Of a DNA stretch of 56,435 nucleotides, positions 1 through 9,100 are shown piece by piece; position 1 is the first letter of the stretch, and the number at the start of each line of letters is the position of its first letter. A program made the position numbers and the translations under genes. Origin of the DNA: an uncultured bacterium (GTDB lineage Bacteria; UBP14; UBA6098); contig CAYNTG010000004.1 in the NCBI GenBank assembly GCA_964400105.1, forward strand, positions 1 through 56,435. Direction: 5' to 3'. The notes under the pieces were generated by a model. It was not told where the DNA came from and did not search any database. It worked only from the letters and a program-made list of their open reading frames with translations.

Positions 1-86
1 TTGTGAGGATAATATAACTCATATGAAACCCTTTTGCAAAACAAAAATCAGCAATTTCTAATGAACAATTAAAAATGTGAGACAAC

Positions 87-524
87 ATGAGGATTGACTC
101 AAATACCGTCTCCGGCGATTATTCCTTTGCCTTCGGACGGTCGGTTTCCGTAAGTTCTGATTATATAGCCGCGTTTTTCAGTTCTTCGTATAAGGGCAAA
201 CTCGGCATAAACGAACCCGACCCGCACTCCACGCTCCATTACGACGGCTCTGAGGCGTCGGCAATAACAGATAGCGATATGAGCTTGGACGATAACGATC
301 ACACTTTGTTCGTTGACGGCGGCGCAGCCGTTACATTACCGGACGCGGATGATTGCCCGGGGCGGATATATTACATAAGGAACACGGATACCTCAAATAG
401 TAGCACCATTACGCCTGATGATTGTGATATCGAAAGGTCAGGAAGCTATACTCTCCCTGCCAATGAAGGTATTATTATCCAAAATGACGGCACAAACTGG
501 TGGATAATAGCCGAGTATGATTGA
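87..524 (+). CDS. hypothetical protein (Gly/Ser/Asp-rich, no signal peptide)
   Basis: 145-aa ORF. It overlaps the next gene by 8 nt, so co-transcription is likely. No assignable catalytic motif. A partial copy of the intergenic repeat (about 33-58) lies just upstream. Confidence 0.4.
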   Translation: MRIDSNTVSGDYSFAFGRSVSVSSDYIAAFFSSSYKGKLGINEPDPHSTLHYDGSEASAITDSDMSLDDNDHTLFVDGGAAVTLPDADDCPGRIYYIRNTDTSNSSTITPDDCDIERSGSYTLPANEGIIIQNDGTNWWIIAEYD

Positions 525-1923
525 TAGGATGGGAACGAGAACCCAAATAAGTTCGTTGGTTACAATATTCGGAATTATCTCATTCGCGATGATTATGCGT
601 GGCCAAGATGTACTTGAGGAAGACATATTTTCCCAAACGCATTGGTTCGATGTAACCCATATGGAGGATACTTTGAGGAACCATGGTTGCACAATCCATT
701 TCACAACCGGACAGGAAGGACGGTCCAGCCTGATGGAAATGGATATATTCTGGATTATGCAACTGAAAGATTCTATTCCGCCATATTTAGGTTTTCCCTA
801 TACGCAAGAAGAAGTCGAATCAATTGTTCATTTCTCACAACAGGGCGGGACAATACTATTTTTCCCAGCGAACTGGATGCAACCTGTTGAAGCAGTTGAT
901 AACGGACTGTTATACGATAGTAGGTGGAAAACTACTGTATATGTTGAAAACAGTAACCCTCTACCCGATGAGGGGAGAGATATTTATGATATATTCGTTT
1001 TCTCACCAATAACGGATTTCGTAGATTCGATGAGAAACGAAAACACGATCAAGCCTATTACCTGCGGAAATCATGCTTATCCATTTGTTTTCTTGGAAAA
1101 TGAATATTTTCTGCCCATAGCCGCTATTAGCTACCCGTTTCTACATCAAGGGAATTATGAATCGAAGATTCTTATAGCAGTAGGTTCGCATATGTGGGAA
1201 ACCTGGTGGCATGATCCGATTATCTGGGACAATATGAAATTCGTATCGAACATTCTCTGCACCGCTGCGGGTTGTGAGGGCTACGAGCTTCCCCCCTGTG
1301 CTGTGCCGGAGCCGTTCGAGATAGGGGTGGATTCGGTGCCGGAGTGCGCAAATCCGGGGGATACGATAACCCTCACCGGTCGCAACCTCTGGCAGGGGAG
1401 CAACGAGAATATCGGCGGCGACATAGAAATCTATTTCTACGGCCCGCAGGATACCGTCGTTATTCCCTTCGAGTATTCCGACCATCGCCCGGATCCGCAT
1501 TCGCTCTACGGCACGTGGCTCAAGTTCGTCTGCCCGGCTTTGCCGGAGGGCGAATACGACGTCGAACTCGGCCATAAAGCGATTACGTTCTACGCTGGGA
1601 AAATCACAATCCCCTGCGATTCACCAGTTTCTCTTTGCCGCCGCTCCCCCAACCCCTTCACCCCGAACGGCGACGGGATAAACGACGAGGCGGAGTTCTC
1701 ATTCCCCGGTCTCGGCGAGGTCGAGGGTGTAATAAAGATTTTCACGCTCGGCAATCTCAAAGTCCGCGAAATCGAAATCCCCGCAGGATGGAGCGCAAAG
1801 GAAACCGCAATATGGGACGGCACGGACAACGCAGGAGAACCGCTGTCGCAAGGAATTTACATTTATACAATCCGTTCCGAAGGAAGAATCAAATGCAAAG
1901 GAACGGTAACTTTAGCAAGATGA
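517..1923 (+). CDS. secreted protein with T9SS type-B (gliding-motility/CHU_C-like) C-terminal sorting domain
   Basis: 468-aa ORF with an N-terminal hydrophobic segment (ISSLVTIFGIISFAMIM). The C-terminus reads SPNPFTPNGDGINDEAEFSF...IWDGTDNAGEPLSQGIYIYTI, which matches the NxFTPNGDGxND signature of the type-B CTD. Confidence 0.75.
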   Translation: MIDRMGTRTQISSLVTIFGIISFAMIMRGQDVLEEDIFSQTHWFDVTHMEDTLRNHGCTIHFTTGQEGRSSLMEMDIFWIMQLKDSIPPYLGFPYTQEEVESIVHFSQQGGTILFFPANWMQPVEAVDNGLLYDSRWKTTVYVENSNPLPDEGRDIYDIFVFSPITDFVDSMRNENTIKPITCGNHAYPFVFLENEYFLPIAAISYPFLHQGNYESKILIAVGSHMWETWWHDPIIWDNMKFVSNILCTAAGCEGYELPPCAVPEPFEIGVDSVPECANPGDTITLTGRNLWQGSNENIGGDIEIYFYGPQDTVVIPFEYSDHRPDPHSLYGTWLKFVCPALPEGEYDVELGHKAITFYAGKITIPCDSPVSLCRRSPNPFTPNGDGINDEAEFSFPGLGEVEGVIKIFTLGNLKVREIEIPAGWSAKETAIWDGTDNAGEPLSQGIYIYTIRSEGRIKCKGTVTLAR

Positions 1924-1946
1924 AAGGAAATATTTAGTAACTCTTA

Positions 1947-2076
1947 TAGATTGCTGAAAAACGAGTGTGAACCTTTACAAAATGATAAAATGATAAAACA
2001 TGCCATTGCCCTGCGGGTCTGAGGACATCGCAATGACAGGCTAATTTCTTGTTTTCTGTCAAAAATCAGCAATCTC
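1947..2076. repeat. MITE-like intergenic repeat, copy A (short form)
   Basis: Termini are tAGATTGCTGA...TCAGCAATCTC (inverted). Long stretches match 47244-47440 nearly base for base (ttgctgaaaaacga.tgtgaa..., gataaaatgataaaacatg, caggctaatttcttgttttctgtcaaaaatcagcaatctc). It lacks about 67 bp of the central part of copy B. Confidence 0.7.
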
Positions 2077-2145
2077 CATCTATATGTTTAGAACAGAGGG
2101 TGGGGAACATGTCCCTTTACCCGACAAAATGAGATTAGATTAACC

Positions 2146-2174
2146 TTGACATATGGTTGTAAGACGCTTAGTTT
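2146..2174 (+). promoter_or_regulatory. candidate sigma70-type promoter of the 1219-aa cargo gene
   Basis: TTGACA (2146-2151), 17-nt spacer, TAGTTT (2169-2174). AGGAGG RBS at 2220-2225 before the ATG at 2231. Confidence 0.35.
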
Positions 2175-2230
2175 AAATGAATAATTAAAGTATTATAAAC
2201 ACTTAAAGTAGAACTTGAACAGGAGGAACT

Positions 2231-5200
2231 ATGCGGTTTAAACTATTCGCCGCTTTAATGATTTTAATGGTGGTTTCCGCCTTTGCACAAGAGTGGGTAA
2301 TCCCTATCGATGTTTATGAACACCCCGATTCCGCTAGAGAGATTGTCGCGCAGACGAGCATCTATGGATCGGATCTCTACGATTCAACCGTTGTGGTCGG
2401 CATAGATTCTTTCTTGATCGACAAAGCCGCACCACCAGCGCCCCCTTCCGGTCTTAGCGCGTTTTTCCCGCTCGACGATCCCTCGTATTCGTTCATCGGA
2501 AAGCTTATGTTCGATGGCCGCAGCGCTTTTGACGATACAATCCTGTGGACGATCCAGTGGGCCGGTGTTACCGCTCTGGATTCCGTCACCGTCGAATGGG
2601 ATCCCTTGGATGTCCCCTCCGGTGGGGTTCTTCTGATCGACACATGCTTTATCGGCTCGGATGTCGCATGGGCTACGGCTCATGACATGTCGTCCGTGTC
2701 GAGCGTTACCGGCAACGGCGTTTTGAACTGGGTTCAGATTCGCTACACCCGCGTAGTTCCCGATGTCGATTCGATGCCGCCTTATTTCACAAATTGGCAT
2801 CCCGCCGACGGCGCGATCGACGTGCCCGAAACCACGACCACCCTTTCGGTCGATATCATGGACGTGATGTCGCCTGTCGATGAATCGAGTATCAGGATGA
2901 ACGTGGCTGGCTTAGATGTCCCGGCCATGTTCCTCAGTATCGCGGATATCGCCGGTGGCAAGAGAGCTTCTGTCAACACAGGCGGTGCGATCGCCATTCC
3001 CCCCGGCTCGACCATCGTATGTATCGCCTGCGCCGGAGATACGGCCAGAAACTACGATTGCGACACTATTAGCTTCACGACCCACGATACTCTAACGACG
3101 ATATATTGCGTCGAGGGCACGGTCGGCGTCGGCGGATACACCGACCTTTCCGGCTCGATCGCCATCGTTGGCGCATATCACGATTCGACCGACGCTTCCG
3201 GCTATTACGAGGTCTGTGCGCCGGAGGGTTCCTATATGCTATATGTTCTCACGATGGACGGCCGCACCGATTCCGTCGAAATCGACCTCAATTCCAACAT
3301 GACGCACAACTTCAGCTTCCCGCAGATAATCGGCGATATCTCCGGCACCGTTCTTCTGGACGGCGAGACCGACCATTCGGGCACGATCGTTACGGAGTCG
3401 GAGTCCGGCGCATCGACTACTACCGCCGTTACGGGAGCATACACGCTCACCGATGTCGATTTCGGAACGGTCTATGTTTCGGCGGCGCACGCCGGTTTCG
3501 AGTCGAAGACGGATACATTCGACCTGACATCGGACACGTCCGGCGTGGACTTCCTGCTGTTCCCATTGACCTCTTATTACAACGTTTCGGGAACGCTTAC
3601 CCTCGAGGGTGAAACAGTCCATTCGGGCATCGCGGTCGATCTTTCGGACGGCCTCACCTTCGATGAGAGCACCATTACCAACGCCGCCGGATACTTCGAT
3701 TTCGACTCGGTTCCCGCAGGCGGCTATACACTCGGAGCAAACTACATCGGCTTCGAGGATTTCGACACCAGCCTCACTGTTGTTGCGGATGTTGTCGTTA
3801 TCGGAATGCTCGAGGAGGAGTCTTCGGTCATGTTCAACCCACCGACGAACGTTCAATCGACGACGCGGCCATGCTGGCCCGGCGCGTTTAATGTCGTAAC
3901 ATGGGACGCTCCGATGATGGCCGACACCGTGAAGCTTGCGCATTGCAGCGCCCGGGGATATGGCGATACCCGCTGGGGCGGATTCTCCACCTATTACGGT
4001 TATGGCTGGATCGGCGGCGGTTATTCGATGCCCTTCGTCGCACCCGAGGACGATATGACGCTCTCGAAGGTTCGGATCGCGCTGCATCCCTCCTCTTACG
4101 GCATAACCACGATGATCGGCGTTTGGTCGGAAGATCCCGATTCCGGCGGTCCTGGAACAATGATTACACACTTCACCGGCGCGCTTAACGACACCGTCGA
4201 TGGATGGGCGTATATCGATGTCCCGGACGTTACGGTCGGCACCGATCCCTTCTTCGTCGGTTGGATCGATCAGATGGACAGCCCGAGTATTGCGTATGTT
4301 ATGATGGATTATACCTCTCCCGATACGCTCGCATGGGTGCATAATGCATACGATAGCATGTGGAACTGGGAAGGCAACAACGTCGATATGGCGGACGGCG
4401 ATTTCGCCATCGAGTGCTATGTCTCCGGCGGTTCAAGCAGGGCCGAAAGCTTCATGAGGCCATCCTATAAAGAGACACTTCAGAGGACGAAGATTCCTAA
4501 CGTCGAAGCCGCTAAAGCGGCACACGAATACGGCTTCCGTCCGATGAGCCTTGAAGGGCCACATGTCGATCTGGCTTCGGCCACGGCTCCTTCGCCGAGA
4601 ATGAGGCCCGCAGAAATGCCGACGAGCTATCTACTTTATAGAGATACCGCGCCGTTCACGGATACCTCGGTCGCCGATTTCGTTATCGAACTCGACGACA
4701 CGATGCCATATTATCTCGACGCAACTTCGATCGACGATGTTATCTACTATTACGGTATGATCGCCGTTTATCCGGGCGGAATGAGCGACCTTTCCGAACT
4801 CGCAAAGGGCTACAATCGCAACCCGCCGGCGGCAACGAACGTTCTTCTCATCGACTGGTGCGGCGGATGGCAAATGGACAGTCTCCATCGGGAATGGGAT
4901 TCCTCTGATACGCTCGTTACGCTTCTCTCCGATGTCGGATTCACCGGCGATTCGCTCTATGTAACCCGCGAGCAGGAAAGGCTTTATGGTTATATCCTCG
5001 CCGACTCGGTCTCGCCTCTATACGATCTGATTATCGTAACATGGTCGCCGTTCAGCGCCAGCGGCTGGCTCGGCCCGAGGCCGCGCGGCCCGGAGTGGCG
5101 CAAGCTCGACGATTATCTTCGCAAGGGCGGCAACCTCTTCATCGAGGGCGCCGACGCGATGGAGATCCTCTCCGGCGATGGATACGCGATGAACCGTTAC

Positions 5201-5890
5201 GACTCGCTTTACTTGCAGTTCGGCGTGAACTTCCGGGACGGCGGAATCGCCAGCCTCGATACGGGCAATGTCCGCCAGCTTACCAGTACACCATCTCTGT
5301 TCAGCGGAGCCGATACGGTCGATTATTCGCTTTCGACTATCGCCGACTACGGTCTCGACGAGTTCGAGCACCAGATGGGCACCGGAGCCGTTACGGTTCT
5401 CTGGTCGCAGCTTATCGGCCCGATGCCGCATGAATCGAACGGTCGTGGAGTTTGGTTCAACAACGGCCTTCGAAAGACCTATGTCCAAAGCCCTTATTTC
5501 GGCGCGATAATAAATATCCCCACTGTGGGCAGCAAAGAGATCATGTTCGCCGAGATGCTCGACGGCTTCGGCGTTAATCCGGTCGTTCAAGAGACCAAGA
5601 CATCGCTTCCCGGCGAGATGACGCTATTTGCGAACATCCCGAACCCGTTCAACGCGAAGACGGAGATCGTCTTCGATATCGAGCGCCCGTGCGAGGTCGA
5701 TCTCTCCATCTATAACATGATGGGCCAGAAGGTCTCGACGCTGGTTTCCGGGATGTCCAAACCAGGCATCCGGAGTGTCGTTTGGGACGGCGCGGACTTC
5801 TCCGGCCACGAGGTCGAATCGGGCGTCTATTTCTACCGACTCGAAACCGATGCCGGAAGCATCACAAAGAGAATGGTTCTACTCAAGTAG
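2231..5890 (+). CDS. large secreted multidomain T9SS cargo protein (unassigned N-terminal module, Ig-like, 3x CarboxypepD_reg-like, FN3-like, pre-CTD module, type-A CTD)
   Basis: 1219 aa with signal peptide MRFKLFAALMILMVVSAFAQE. Repeated G-T-V/L..G......G..V segments (e.g. ISGTVLLDGETDHSGTIV, VSGTLTLEGETVHSGIAV). C-terminus NIPNPFNAKTEIVFDI...LSIYNMMGQKV...WDG...SGVYFYRL...MVLLK is the Por_Secre_tail/type-A CTD pattern. Confidence 0.85.
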   Translation: MRFKLFAALMILMVVSAFAQEWVIPIDVYEHPDSAREIVAQTSIYGSDLYDSTVVVGIDSFLIDKAAPPAPPSGLSAFFPLDDPSYSFIGKLMFDGRSAFDDTILWTIQWAGVTALDSVTVEWDPLDVPSGGVLLIDTCFIGSDVAWATAHDMSSVSSVTGNGVLNWVQIRYTRVVPDVDSMPPYFTNWHPADGAIDVPETTTTLSVDIMDVMSPVDESSIRMNVAGLDVPAMFLSIADIAGGKRASVNTGGAIAIPPGSTIVCIACAGDTARNYDCDTISFTTHDTLTTIYCVEGTVGVGGYTDLSGSIAIVGAYHDSTDASGYYEVCAPEGSYMLYVLTMDGRTDSVEIDLNSNMTHNFSFPQIIGDISGTVLLDGETDHSGTIVTESESGASTTTAVTGAYTLTDVDFGTVYVSAAHAGFESKTDTFDLTSDTSGVDFLLFPLTSYYNVSGTLTLEGETVHSGIAVDLSDGLTFDESTITNAAGYFDFDSVPAGGYTLGANYIGFEDFDTSLTVVADVVVIGMLEEESSVMFNPPTNVQSTTRPCWPGAFNVVTWDAPMMADTVKLAHCSARGYGDTRWGGFSTYYGYGWIGGGYSMPFVAPEDDMTLSKVRIALHPSSYGITTMIGVWSEDPDSGGPGTMITHFTGALNDTVDGWAYIDVPDVTVGTDPFFVGWIDQMDSPSIAYVMMDYTSPDTLAWVHNAYDSMWNWEGNNVDMADGDFAIECYVSGGSSRAESFMRPSYKETLQRTKIPNVEAAKAAHEYGFRPMSLEGPHVDLASATAPSPRMRPAEMPTSYLLYRDTAPFTDTSVADFVIELDDTMPYYLDATSIDDVIYYYGMIAVYPGGMSDLSELAKGYNRNPPAATNVLLIDWCGGWQMDSLHREWDSSDTLVTLLSDVGFTGDSLYVTREQERLYGYILADSVSPLYDLIIVTWSPFSASGWLGPRPRGPEWRKLDDYLRKGGNLFIEGADAMEILSGDGYAMNRYDSLYLQFGVNFRDGGIASLDTGNVRQLTSTPSLFSGADTVDYSLSTIADYGLDEFEHQMGTGAVTVLWSQLIGPMPHESNGRGVWFNNGLRKTYVQSPYFGAIINIPTVGSKEIMFAEMLDGFGVNPVVQETKTSLPGEMTLFANIPNPFNAKTEIVFDIERPCEVDLSIYNMMGQKVSTLVSGMSKPGIRSVVWDGADFSGHEVESGVYFYRLETDAGSITKRMVLLK

Positions 5891-5899
5891 AGCATTTCC

Positions 5900-5934
5900 G
5901 GGGAACCTCTCGTTCGAGGGGTTCCCCAATTTTG
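5900..5934 (+). terminator. rho-independent terminator
   Basis: GGGGAACCTCTC-gttc-GAGGGGTTCCCC, a 12-bp stem with one G.U, followed by AATTTTG. It starts 10 nt after the stop codon. Confidence 0.7.
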
Positions 5935-6092
5935 AGATCGCTAAAAAACAGAGGGGGGTTTTAGCGAATAATTTTTAGAAAAGTCATTGCAATGTCCTCA
6001 GACCTGTAGAACAGAGCGATGCAATCTCGAACTTTTACAGTCGAATTTGGCGATCCATATTTTTTGATTATTTTATCATTTTGGTTTAAGGT
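5934..6092. repeat. MITE-like intergenic repeat, copy C (inverted orientation, degenerate, truncated at its right end)
   Basis: gagatcgctaaaaaac resembles the reverse complement of the right terminus. gtcattgcaatgtcctcagacc is the reverse complement of ggtctgaggacatcgcaatgac in copy A. gattattttatcattttggtttaaggtt matches the reverse complement of the gataaaatgataaaa part. Confidence 0.55.
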
Positions 6093-6117
6093 TTTAACCC
6101 TTAAAAAAGGGGGCAAA

Positions 6118-9100
6118 ATGGAACTTTCATTTAAGTCGATTGCTATCGCGATACTCGCCATCGGTTTGGTATGTTTCGCCGAGCCGTGGACGGCAGACCT
6201 CACTTTAACCGACGGAAGCTACACGCTCGATCTGACCTTCGGTCGCCTCGACGGCGCACTCGATCTTCTCGACGGCGAGGACGATGTTTTGGCTATTCCT
6301 CCGCCGACCGGCTCCTACGCCTATTTCGAGCTTGACGACCCGGCTAATCCTTATATAACGATGCTCTATGGGGATATTCGGCCCGACGACGGCGACAGCG
6401 CTCTCTGGGTCGCGCACCTCATATCGGCGGCGGCTTCGCTCGATGCAAGCTGGATTCCGGCGCTTCTTCCGCCGGGTGATTTCCATATCGGCGCGCACTA
6501 TCCGCTCGAGGATGTCACCGAATGGGTGAACATGAAAGAGGTCGCGACACTCGATTATTCCATAGGAATGGTCCTGGACATCGTTCACGACCCCGACGGC
6601 TACTATCCCGAAGATTCGCCGGTCTTCTCGAACTGGTATCCATACGACGGCGCAACCGCTATTCCTGTCACGGGCACTATTCGGTTCGATGTTACGGACG
6701 AGGGAAGCGGAATCGATCCTGCGAGCATCGAGATGACAGTCGATGGCGCGGATGTTTCGGCAGAGATCGAGCTTTCGCCCATCGAGGGCGGATATCGCGT
6801 CACATACGATCCACCATCGCCGCTTCACGGCGAGTCGTGGATTTCCGTCATCGTTTCGGCTGCGGATAACGCCTATGTTCCCAATGTAAGCTCGGATGTC
6901 ATCGCTTTCCGGACTGGCTATTCGATAGAGCCGGTGCTCTGGGAAATCCCTTTGACCGCATATAACATCGACGGGACGGACACGGGCTTCAGCGATATTT
7001 CTCTCGGCGCGGACCCGGATGCCGAAGCGACATTCGATATGGGTTACGACATCCTTTTCCCGATGGCTCCGCCGACTGTATTTTATGCCTTCTTCCCTCT
7101 CGACGACCCGGATTATCCGTTCTATACAATGCTTTCCAGAGATATTCGTTCGTCCGATTTGTTCTTCGACGAATGGCCGCTTCGATTCGGTAATACGGAC
7201 GATATTATCGGCGTGAAATGGGACACGGACGACATCCCATCCGACAAGGACGCCTTTATCGCGGTTACGTTCATATCGGTCTATCCAGAAGAAGGCGACT
7301 GGTGGGACATGACGGTCATCGACCATATCGATTTCGGTCCGGGGCGACAGGCCTGGATCAAGGTGCTGAGTCCCTCAGGGGACACGCTCTCGCCGCAGGT
7401 CGTGTTCACCGATCCCGCCGATGGCGAGACCGGGGTGGCGGTCTCCACGGAGATATGGGCGGGTATCGTCGATGCCGGCGGCGGAGTCGATCCGACGTCG
7501 ATCACGATGCTGGTCGATGGCGTCGATGCTTCGCCATATCTGATAATTTCACATTCATCCGAAACGACATTCGTCAGATATATACCCTCCGCAGACTTCG
7601 ATCCGCTTCACACGGCCGAGGTTACTATCGGCGTGGACGATCTCGCCGATCCGCCGAACCATGCGGATTATACATGGCATTTCGTCACCGGGTATTTCCT
7701 CACGCCCGCATGGATGGGTTCTTTGTTCGTTTGGACAGACGAGCCGGAGGAACCGCTCAGGCATTTCTCGCTTTTCTTCGGCGCGGATTCGATGGCAACG
7801 GATTCGTTCGACTATGGTCTCGATCAGCAGCAGCCGCCAGCGCCGCCCGGAGATACGCCATATGGATTTTTCCAGATCGAGGACGATATGTGGGGCCGGC
7901 TCAGCAGGGATATTCGATCTTCTGAAGACGACGATATTATGTGGGTCGCTATGATGATGCGCATCCCGGTGGACGATGAGATCGACAGCTGGATCGACTG
8001 GGATTCGGATTGCCTGCCGGAGGACGGAAGCTTCCATTGTGCATGGTGGATCACCGGCGATACGGTCTGGGAGAACATGCGCACCACCGATCGCGTTGAT
8101 ATATCGACTCCCGGCATCTTCCTGATCCATTTCACGCGCGGCGTTCCACCGACCTATTGCGTCGCGGGAACCGTGCAAACCGGCGAAGGCGACCCTATCG
8201 AGGGCGCATCCGTTTGGATTTCCGAAGAGCTTAACGCTATCTCGGACAGCATCGGATTTTATGAGATTTGCGGAGTTACTATCGGAGAATGGACGATTAT
8301 CACCTCGCTCGAAGACTATTCGACCGATTCGACCAACATATATTTCGACGCCGACCAGATGTATAACCCCGTTCTTTATCCGGTTATCGTTCCAAGCGCC
8401 ACGGTTCACGGGATGATCTCCTGTAGCGATGGCGGCGACCCCGAAGGCGCGATGGTTATCCTCGACGGCGACACGACTTATGCCGACTCGACCGGTTATT
8501 ACGCCTTCGAAGAAGTTCCCGACGGCATATACACGATGTTCGTGTCTCTCGAATATTATGTTACACAGGAGCGCGAGATTTCCGTGGACGCACCCGATAT
8601 CACCGAGGATTTCGTGCTGGACAGGCAGGTCGGACGCATCGTCGGAACGATCACGCTCTCCGATGATCCGCCGAATCTTTCCGGCACTGCGATTGAATTG
8701 ATCGGCACGTCGATACCGGCGGTCTATACAAATTCCGACGGCGAGTATCTTATCTCCGACGTTCCATTTGGCGAATACGATGTCAGGATTAGCCGAACCA
8801 GCTATGCTACTTTGGACACGACCTTCTCGCTATTGGTCGCCGAGGACACGCTCGATGCCGAGCTTCAGTCAGAGTTCGTGCTCAATCCTCCGCGCAACCT
8901 TGCGGGACGCACGCCATACGACAAACGTGTTATCCTCGAATGGGACGAGCCGGAAGCGAGCACCGCGCATCTCGAGGGATATAACGCTTACCGTCAGGTC
9001 GTTTTCTCGGACGACACGCTTCTCGCTTATATTCCCGATCCATACACGGAGTTCGTCGAGTGGGATCGCATAAACTTTATGCCCTATACATATCTCGTAA

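Noticed and set aside
1981-2000. Possible CRISPR-like or tandem repeat (atgataaaatgataaaa)
   Set aside because: It is only a two-unit 8-bp duplication internal to the MITE-like element, with no spacer-repeat periodicity anywhere in the window.
3239-4342. 367-aa minus-strand ORF inside the 1219-aa cargo gene
   Set aside because: It is antisense to a gene with strong domain evidence. It is Arg-rich and low-complexity, has no RBS or motif, and is typical of a GC-rich shadow ORF. The same reasoning applies to 6205-7326 (-), 7555-8409 (-) and 7218-7925 (+).
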